A DNA stretch of 25,459 nt from a virus. Taxonomy: Duplodnaviria > Caudoviricetes. The DNA lies in the IMG/VR virus record IMGVR_UViG_3300024500_000099, positions 1-25,459 of that record; one strand, 5' to 3'. The notes below the pieces were generated by a model, which saw only the letters and a list, made by a program, of their open reading frames with translations, did no database searches and was not told where the DNA came from. Shown piece by piece: positions 1 through 5,656 of the stretch. Position numbers and translations under genes: made by a program. The first letter of the stretch is position 1; the number at the start of each line of letters is the position of its first letter.

Positions 1-1
1 A

Positions 2-259
2 TCAGAAGGGACATCCGGAGGCACTAAGTTTATTACTAGCCAATATGATACCATAGAATACGGTATACAAAATGCTAATATCTACAATTCAAGAAGTTGG
101 ACTGTAGATCCGGAAGTAGGGACAATGATTCTATTTCCTAGTAATGTAGAACATATGGTGCAAGAATATCTAGGAGACACGCCTAGAATAACTCTTTCAT
201 TTAACAGTTTTGTTAGAGGAAATGTAAATACAGATCCATTAACAAGATTAAGTTTATAA
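2..259 (+). CDS. Partial (5' truncated) 2OG-Fe(II) oxygenase, TIGR02466-like
   Basis: Open frame from the window edge to TAA 257-259, translating ...GTMILFPSNVEHMV...PRITLSFNSF. This is the typical C-terminal 'lilFPSxlxHxV...RisisFN' signature. Confidence 0.7.
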   Translation, partial: SEGTSGGTKFITSQYDTIEYGIQNANIYNSRSWTVDPEVGTMILFPSNVEHMVQEYLGDTPRITLSFNSFVRGNVNTDPLTRLSL

Positions 260-260
260 T

Positions 261-336
261 GCTGCTTTAGCTCAGCCGGTAGAGCAACTGCCTTGTAAGC
301 AGTAGGTCGTCAGTTCGAATCCGACAAGCAGCACCA
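261..336 (+). tRNA. tRNA-Thr (anticodon TGT)
   Basis: Cloverleaf: acceptor GCTGCTT/AAGCAGC, D arm GCTC/GAGC, anticodon arm ACTGC-CTTGTAA-GCAGT, T loop TTCGAAT, encoded ACCA. Confidence 0.95.
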
Positions 337-341
337 ACTAT

Positions 342-414
342 GGTCGGGTGGCAGAAGCGTATGCGCTGGATTGCAACTCTAGACAAGTTAGGTAACAACT
401 AACCCCGACCTCCA
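342..414 (+). tRNA. tRNA-Cys (anticodon GCA) with non-canonical D and T loops
   Basis: Acceptor GGTCGGG/CCCGACC, U73 discriminator plus CCA, anticodon arm CTGGA-TTGCAAC-TCTAG, T stem GTTAG/CTAAC with loop GTAACAA. Confidence 0.8.
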
Positions 415-422
415 ATTTTACC

Positions 423-449
423 AAAAAGGCTTGACATAGGCCTTTTTTT
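423..449 (+). terminator. Putative intrinsic terminator after the tRNA pair
   Basis: AAAAAGGC...GCC followed by T7; the GC stem is short. Confidence 0.5.
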
Positions 450-459
450 ATCGTATACT
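431..459 (+). promoter_or_regulatory. sigma70-type promoter
   Basis: TTGACA (431-436), 17-nt spacer, TATACT (454-459); predicted start near 466. Confidence 0.8.
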
Positions 460-465
460 AGTTTT

Positions 466-730
466 GTTGTGTAGCAATACACAACCGGCGAGGTAGAAGG
501 TAGATGAGGATAGACATCGTTGTGGCTCCATGCCGCAATGAACTAATTCTGGCAAACAGTCTTGAAAACTGTTCGTGCTTGAGTGACCCGATATCCAAAT
601 ACCTGTCAATTGCTGATCGGAAATATTCAGGCCTCTGTAGCCTGTCTATTGCACATTGTCCAGACCGACGACATCGCACAATAGGTCTTGTCAATTGTCC
701 GGTCTATTACTTGACCTTTTACCAGACCGT
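466..730 (+). ncRNA. Candidate structured RNA (or long structured 5' leader), family unknown
   Basis: GNRA hairpin GTTGTGTA-GCAA-TACACAAC (466-485). Long-range helix 492-501/714-723. Further helices 510-516/643-649, 577-585/624-632, 588-592/616-620, 662-667/700-705. Anticodon-like arm 555-573. Confidence 0.6.
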
Positions 731-753
731 TTAAATTTAAAAGAGAGAAACAC

Positions 754-1326
754 ATGAACATCACACTTCGCAAGGCAAACGCAGTTCAAAACAGCATCAA
801 TGATGCAATCAAACATATCAAGTTCGAAACTACAATCGAACTCAACGAATTCCAGGACCCTAATTTGGTCCTAACTGATGCAAACAATAAACTGTTTGCC
901 GCAGACGCTCGCAGACAAAAACTTCTGCTAGCATTGTATAACATCCGTGGCCTTGTCGGAACAGCGAATGCCGCCAGCGGAATTGATGTGAATCTTGCCA
1001 AAGCAGCATTCATTGACAAAAGAATCGCGCAGCTTGAGGAAATCGCAGGCCTTAAGCCTCACACCGACATTGGTGTGATTCAAGGTAAACTTGAAAAGAT
1101 CAAGAATTTGAAAGACGAAGCACGTAGTCGTATCTATGGCTACGGTGACACTGTAAGCACCACAGTGGTTAGTCAAGAGCAGATCGATCAGGCCAAGGCA
1201 GAAATCCTTAATCTGAAAAAGCAAAAACAAAAGCTCAATGATGAAATTCTTGAGCTCAATATCAAGACAGAAATTCCTCTAACCGAGGATACAGTAAAAC
1301 TTCTGCAAGAAGAAGCTTTGCTGTAA
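754..1326 (+). CDS. Hypothetical alpha-helical/coiled-coil protein (190 aa)
   Basis: Clean ORF with purine-rich upstream AAGAGAGAAA and heptad-like K/E/Q/L-rich segments; no recognised catalytic motif. Confidence 0.75.
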   Translation: MNITLRKANAVQNSINDAIKHIKFETTIELNEFQDPNLVLTDANNKLFAADARRQKLLLALYNIRGLVGTANAASGIDVNLAKAAFIDKRIAQLEEIAGLKPHTDIGVIQGKLEKIKNLKDEARSRIYGYGDTVSTTVVSQEQIDQAKAEILNLKKQKQKLNDEILELNIKTEIPLTEDTVKLLQEEALL

Positions 1327-1333
1327 TGGCTAT

Positions 1334-1410
1334 CGCAGAGTATGGAAGAGGTCTATCCGTCCGGTCTCATAAGCCGGGAATCGCAGGTTCGAATCCTGCC
1401 TCTGCAACCA
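1334..1410 (+). tRNA. tRNA-Met (CAT), initiator-type
   Basis: CGCAGAG/CTCTGCA acceptor with C1:A72 mismatch, anticodon loop CTCATAA, T arm GCAGG-TTCGAAT-CCTGC, ACCA end. Confidence 0.9.
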
Positions 1411-1413
1411 AGT

Positions 1414-1651
1414 TATTGATAGTAGTATGAGATCCGATCAACGACCGAAAGGCGATACCGAGCGGGTGGAACTGCAAAGTTGGTGCATCGTAGGTGCATT
1501 GTTGGCTGCAATATGATCAACGGCTTTTTACAGAGTAAAGGGATTGAGCGGTGACGGATTCCATGTTGGGCTGGACTATAGAAGCAGACGCTGTAATGTC
1601 TGGGCGGCCTGAGCAACGCCTCAAACCAAGACTTCATTATTACTATCAATA
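1414..1651 (+). ncRNA. Candidate structured RNA between tRNA-Met and tRNA-Gly, family unknown
   Basis: Ends form a ~17-bp closing helix (TATTGATAGTAGTATGA / TCATTATTACTATCAATA). Internal helices 1431-1436/1555-1560, 1479-1484/1516-1521, CC-GAAA-GG, TGCATC/GGTGCA, CAGAC/GTCTG, GGCG/CGCC. No convincing ORF; strand inferred from the flanking tRNAs. Confidence 0.6.
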
Positions 1652-1670
1652 TTCAGATAATTAGTTTTAT

Positions 1671-1746
1671 GCGGGAGTAGCTCAGTTGGTAGAGCACTTG
1701 CCTTCCAAGCAAGATGTCGCGAGTTCGAACCTCGTCTCCCGCTCCA
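1671..1746 (+). tRNA. tRNA-Gly (anticodon TCC)
   Basis: Canonical cloverleaf GCGGGAG/CTCCCGC, anticodon arm CTTGC-CTTCCAA-GCAAG, TTCGAAC loop, TCCA end. Confidence 0.95.
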
Positions 1747-1752
1747 AATAAT

Positions 1753-2328
1753 ATGCTACCAGTTATAGAAGAAAACGATCTAGTTAGAAAATTTAATTTT
1801 AGTTCTGTAATTACACAGTCTGACAATGACACCGCCATAGGCATTATTAAATCAATCATTGCTGACGGTAATTATTTTACTAATAGTCCAAAATTTCAAA
1901 CCAAAGAAAATATATTCGCTCGTCCTGAACCAGTATGGTTAAAATATAGGATGAGCTTTTTATTTTCTGCATTCATGTATTTGGGAAGAGAAGCCAAGGT
2001 ATCAAACATGATGGCTTGGAGTTTCATGACAAATCTTGAGGGTGCCGAAGATCGTGAAAAACTGTGGCATCACCACTGGCATCCACAACATCCCGATTCC
2101 AAAATGCTAAGTGGAATATTCTATTTGCATATTCCTAATGATGTAAAAGATAGAGATTATTGCGGAACAGAGATAGCGCCAAATGGTGTTCAAGGAGATG
2201 GTAAATTTTATGTTCGACCAAATGACGGACATTGGATAATCTACCCTAGTGATACTTGGCACAGGCCAGGAATAGTTCAGAGCAATCAATATAGATTTAT
2301 TCTAGCAGTGGACGTTGAATATCAATGA
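1753..2328 (+). CDS. Putative 2OG-Fe(II) oxygenase (TIGR02466-like cupin fold)
   Basis: WHHHWH...LSGIFYL...IIYPSDTWHRP...RFILAVD pattern. Start moved to ATG 1753 because the ORF-track start lies inside tRNA-Gly. Confidence 0.6.
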   Translation: MLPVIEENDLVRKFNFSSVITQSDNDTAIGIIKSIIADGNYFTNSPKFQTKENIFARPEPVWLKYRMSFLFSAFMYLGREAKVSNMMAWSFMTNLEGAEDREKLWHHHWHPQHPDSKMLSGIFYLHIPNDVKDRDYCGTEIAPNGVQGDGKFYVRPNDGHWIIYPSDTWHRPGIVQSNQYRFILAVDVEYQ

Positions 2329-3029
2329 GAATAGGTTGGACAATATATACAGATCCTAAACACGCTGAACACAGTCAGTGGAAAGACCTTGTGTATGAAA
2401 CACCAGAACCGATTTGGCCAATTATCAGAGATCAAAGGAAAGATTCCGATTATCTGATGTGTCCGGCAGTGTCGGACTATTTTTCAAATATGTTTGTAAT
2501 TAAGTGTCCGTATGATGTTACTATCTCATATGATCGCACAGCAGACATGTATCAAACTGATAGGCTAGGACAAGATTGGTATAACCAAACATTCTTTCCT
2601 AGATTTCCTATCGTTAGAAATAATAAGATTGTAGGATCTTGTGTTACGATGCGCATCAACTATCTGTTCGTCGCAGATCAAGATGTAGAAATAGAATCGT
2701 TAGATGTTCCGATACTTCACACAGAGTTAACTCGTAACATAAGAATGATTCCGGGAACTATGAATATCCATAAATGGATAAGACCAGTAGATTTTACATT
2801 TGAAATAATTGATTTAGATCAACCTTTACATTTAAAAAGAGGTGATCCTTTATTTGCTGTTAAATTTAAAACAGAAGAAAAAATAAATCTAGAGCATATT
2901 GAATATTCTAAAGATTTAAAACACATCACTGAAGCATGTCTAGCTTCAAAAAATTTCGTTCCGCGAAAAAGTCTCAAATACAGATATAAGATGGCCGAGC
3001 GTTGGTTATTCGGTCGCCGTTGGTTATAA
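2325..3029 (+). CDS. Hypothetical protein (234 aa)
   Basis: ATGA overlap with the upstream stop; CPA...IKCPYD...IPG...W.RP...KRGDPL pattern of the kind seen in uncharacterised phage beta-rich proteins. Confidence 0.7.
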   Translation: MRIGWTIYTDPKHAEHSQWKDLVYETPEPIWPIIRDQRKDSDYLMCPAVSDYFSNMFVIKCPYDVTISYDRTADMYQTDRLGQDWYNQTFFPRFPIVRNNKIVGSCVTMRINYLFVADQDVEIESLDVPILHTELTRNIRMIPGTMNIHKWIRPVDFTFEIIDLDQPLHLKRGDPLFAVKFKTEEKINLEHIEYSKDLKHITEACLASKNFVPRKSLKYRYKMAERWLFGRRWL

Positions 3030-3031
3030 TT

Positions 3032-3106
3032 CTGGCTATCGTATAATGGAGAATACAACTCTCTTCTAAAGAGTGAATGTGGGTTCGATTCCTGCTAGCC
3101 GGGCCA
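3032..3106 (+). tRNA. tRNA-Arg (anticodon TCT)
   Basis: CTGGCTA/TAGCCGG acceptor, anticodon arm ACTCT-CTTCTAA-AGAGT, TTCGATT loop, GCCA end. Confidence 0.9.
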
Positions 3107-3110
3107 AATC

Positions 3111-3184
3111 GCTCCTGTAGTAAAATGGTATTACACTATCTTGGTAAGATAGAATTCCAAGTTCAATTCTTGGCTGGAGCACCA
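3111..3184 (+). tRNA. tRNA-Thr (anticodon GGT)
   Basis: GCTCCTG/CTGGAGC acceptor (one U:U pair), anticodon arm CTATC-TTGGTAA-GATAG, T arm CCAAG-TTCAATT-CTTGG, ACCA end. Confidence 0.9.
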
Positions 3185-3185
3185 C

Positions 3186-3214
3186 TTGACAATTGAACAG
3201 AATGAATATATAAT
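3186..3214 (+). promoter_or_regulatory. Consensus sigma70 promoter
   Basis: TTGACA (3186-3191), 17 nt, TATAAT (3209-3214); ATG at 3221. Confidence 0.85.
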
Positions 3215-3220
3215 AGCAGT

Positions 3221-3445
3221 ATGTATAAAGTAGAATGGAAAGACACAGCGGGTAGAGGCTGTGAGGAAGAAGTAAAAGATCTATCGGAAGCAATGGCTTT
3301 CGCAAAGGAATTAGGAATACTGGTTACTATAAATGGTGGCGGTATAGAACTAGTTGGAGTTTTTGGTTCTGATGGGATTGAAAACGGACGACTGCCAAAT
3401 GGAGACCCTTATACTTGGTATAAAAGAAGATATGTCAAAAAATGA
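3221..3445 (+). CDS. Small hypothetical protein (74 aa)
   Basis: ORF directly downstream of the consensus promoter and overlapping the start of infA. Confidence 0.65.
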   Translation: MYKVEWKDTAGRGCEEEVKDLSEAMAFAKELGILVTINGGGIELVGVFGSDGIENGRLPNGDPYTWYKRRYVKK

Positions 3446-3650
3446 TTTAATCGAAGTCACTGGTGTTGTAGAAGAAGTTCTACCTGGTAGTATGTTTAGA
3501 GTAAAATTAGATGGAATGAATTCTATTATTACTTGTTACACTGGCGGAAAACTCAAACAACATAAAATTAAAATTATCCTAGGTGATAAGGTTAAAGTTG
3601 AGATGAGTGCATATGATCTAACCAAGGGTCGCGTAACATATCGTTTGTAA
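3432..3650 (+). CDS. infA: Translation initiation factor IF-1
   Basis: [26 protein letters not shown]...[33 protein letters not shown], 72 aa, matching the classic IF-1 pattern; start ATG 3432. Confidence 0.95.
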   Translation: MSKNDLIEVTGVVEEVLPGSMFRVKLDGMNSIITCYTGGKLKQHKIKIILGDKVKVEMSAYDLTKGRVTYRL

Positions 3651-3660
3651 AGGAGTTCTT

Positions 3661-4227
3661 ATGAACCCGTGGATTCAAAACGTATCGCTCAGCGATGTTA
3701 AAAAAGGTCATCACATCGATGCAGGCATTAACAGTATGCTGATTCAGATCGTTGACCCTGCTATGGAGTTTCCTACTCCTAGCTATCCGTTCAAGGAAGT
3801 GCATCAGTTTGAGTTTCTTGATTTGGAACAAAACGATCACAGCATCGATGAAGATTGGAAGATTCAAGACGCACAGGCAGAACAACTTGTAGCTCTACTG
3901 CAACGAGCATTTGAAAATCGTATGAATGTTGTGGTTCATTGTGTAGCGGGTGTTTGCCGATCAGGTGCTGTCTGCGAAGTTGGAGTGATGATGGGTTTTC
4001 GTGATACTGAAGCTTTTCGTAGCCCCAACCTCTTAGTCAAGCACAAAATGATGCGTGTATTGGGTTGGACCTATGATGAAAACGAGCCTCACACTATCAA
4101 CGGTGTGACGCTTCCCTCGGGCATTGTAATTCCTGCCAAGACTATAGACTGGACCAACGACAACGAAAAAGTCTTTACACTGGCAGCAGAACGTCGTGAG
4201 CGTAGAGAACGTGAAGGAGATATCTAA
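3661..4227 (+). CDS. Cys-based protein tyrosine/dual-specificity phosphatase-like protein
   Basis: P-loop motif VVVHCVAGVCRSG (HCxxGxxRS); AAGGAG RBS. Confidence 0.8.
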   Translation: MNPWIQNVSLSDVKKGHHIDAGINSMLIQIVDPAMEFPTPSYPFKEVHQFEFLDLEQNDHSIDEDWKIQDAQAEQLVALLQRAFENRMNVVVHCVAGVCRSGAVCEVGVMMGFRDTEAFRSPNLLVKHKMMRVLGWTYDENEPHTINGVTLPSGIVIPAKTIDWTNDNEKVFTLAAERRERREREGDI

Positions 4228-4526
4228 TGGGTGAAGATTACGATATGACTGTAGATATGCAAGAAGCATTCCAACGATATTTTGACTACGGTTTCGAACC
4301 CGGTAGTTTTGGAATGGCTGTGCTCTGCAATGATTTGACTCATGCTGTTCTCTGTGCCGATCATTGGAATAAACAAAGATTGCCAGATACTGTTCGATGG
4401 CTAATGGACAAAGCACCGCCGGGCAGTTGGGGCAGTCCCGATGTAGTTAGAGAATGGCTATCAAAAGGTGTGGCTTTTGAGCAACACCAAAAAAGACGAG
4501 TAGTTGACATTTTGAGCACACCGTAG
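4227..4526 (+). CDS. Hypothetical protein (99 aa)
   Basis: Coupled TAATG start with GAAGGAG upstream; no motif recognised. Confidence 0.65.
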   Translation: MGEDYDMTVDMQEAFQRYFDYGFEPGSFGMAVLCNDLTHAVLCADHWNKQRLPDTVRWLMDKAPPGSWGSPDVVREWLSKGVAFEQHQKRRVVDILSTP

Positions 4527-4532
4527 TATAAT
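4504..4532 (+). promoter_or_regulatory. Consensus sigma70 promoter
   Basis: TTGACA (4504-4509), 17 nt, TATAAT (4527-4532); ATG at 4540. Confidence 0.85.
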
Positions 4533-4539
4533 ACATACT

Positions 4540-4947
4540 ATGGAATATGTTATCGAAGCTCGAGGTAAAAGGACTAAGAAGTTCATAGAGGCAGTTTTGC
4601 CCTCTATGATCGATCAATTAGGACTTAAAAACAGCCGCAAGGTTTTGTTTATCAAAGTTAGCAAATCTGATCTTGCTGACGAAAATGAAGGTCAGACTTG
4701 CTACATTCCAGTGGTAGATGGTATTGTGGTTATAATCAAACCTCAGTCATTTGAACGAATGGGCGTGACACTAGCTCACGAAATGGTTCATGTCAAACAA
4801 ATGGCCAAAGGTATGCTTAAAACTATCAATGGTGTGAGCTATTGGTGTGGTAAGCGTTACAGCCGCAGAACTAAGTATTTGAATATGCCTTGGGAAGTAG
4901 AGGCATTTTCAAAACAAGAATTAATTTTCCGTAGATCTATACAATGA
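4540..4947 (+). CDS. Putative zinc metallopeptidase (HExxH)
   Basis: TLAHEMVHVKQ and downstream PWEVEA motifs. Confidence 0.7.
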   Translation: MEYVIEARGKRTKKFIEAVLPSMIDQLGLKNSRKVLFIKVSKSDLADENEGQTCYIPVVDGIVVIIKPQSFERMGVTLAHEMVHVKQMAKGMLKTINGVSYWCGKRYSRRTKYLNMPWEVEAFSKQELIFRRSIQ

Positions 4948-4959
4948 AAGGAGAGCACT

Positions 4960-5565
4960 ATGCCTAGCGTATTTTTAGTGAGTGATACGCACTTCGGCCA
5001 CGCAGGCGTGTGCCGTTTCACTCGAGATGACGGAGTAACAAAGTTAAGGCCGTGGGACGACCCTGCCGAGATGGATGAAGCTATGATCAAGGCTTGGAAC
5101 GAAAGAGTCAAGCCCACTGACAAAGTTTACCATTTAGGTGATGTTGTTATCAATCGTAAGGCCATGGCAACATTAGGTCGTTTAAACGGTGACAAGGTTT
5201 TAATCCGTGGTAACCACGATATATTCCGTGACGATGAATATAGACAATACTTCCGTGAGTTACGTGCATACCACGTTATGAACGGAATGATATTAAGTCA
5301 TATTCCAGTTCACGAAGCATCGTTGGGTCGTTTTGGTGTAAACATACACGGTCACTTACACGCAAATCGTGTAAAAAAGGCTCGTGGTGTAGATGCTAGA
5401 ACCGGCACTGTATTATACGGTGACGAAATCGATCCACGCTACCATTGTGTTTGCGTAGAACAAACACCTGACTTTGCACCTATTTTGTTTGAAGACGTTA
5501 TCAAGCGTATCGAAGCAGAAGGTGGAGAAGTAGGGTTTAGGAACGGCAACGGACCTACAATGTGA
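4960..5565 (+). CDS. Calcineurin-like metallophosphoesterase
   Basis: DTHFGH, HLGDV, GNHD, LSH and HGHLH motifs; AAGGAG RBS. Confidence 0.9.
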   Translation: MPSVFLVSDTHFGHAGVCRFTRDDGVTKLRPWDDPAEMDEAMIKAWNERVKPTDKVYHLGDVVINRKAMATLGRLNGDKVLIRGNHDIFRDDEYRQYFRELRAYHVMNGMILSHIPVHEASLGRFGVNIHGHLHANRVKKARGVDARTGTVLYGDEIDPRYHCVCVEQTPDFAPILFEDVIKRIEAEGGEVGFRNGNGPTM

Positions 5566-5581
5566 CATTAACTACGCACTT

Positions 5582-5610
5582 AATAGGGCTCTTCGGAGCC
5601 CTATTTTTTT
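5582..5610 (+). terminator. Intrinsic terminator
   Basis: AATAGGGCTC-TTCG-GAGCCCTATT hairpin (cUUCGg loop) followed by a T run. Confidence 0.9.
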
Positions 5611-5616
5611 GGCTGG

Positions 5617-5624
5617 CATAAATA
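5617..5624 (+). promoter_or_regulatory. T4-late-like promoter motif (CATAAATA)
   Basis: One mismatch to TATAAATA; sits right after the terminator and upstream of the fibre gene. The same motif recurs at other cluster starts. Confidence 0.5.
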
Positions 5625-5656
5625 TATTGAATAGGATATTTCCAGGAGTTATTACT

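Noticed and set aside
458-734. ORFs 504-734 (+) and 458-694 (-)
   Set aside because: Short, with Cys/Arg-rich low-plausibility translations; the region is better explained by RNA structure.
1414-1651. RNase P, tmRNA or group I intron identity for the second RNA
   Set aside because: Only vague echoes (AAAGT...ACTT, GAGCAA, GACTATA). It lacks GAGGAAAGUCC/CGGCUUA, a tRNA-like CCA end, or a matching P7 partner. A covariance search would be needed to revisit this.
1714-1752. ORF-track start at 1714
   Set aside because: It lies inside tRNA-Gly; ATG 1753 is the plausible start.
3354-3431. N-terminal extension of IF-1
   Set aside because: The TTG-started extension overlaps the upstream gene; IF-1 homology begins at ATG 3432.
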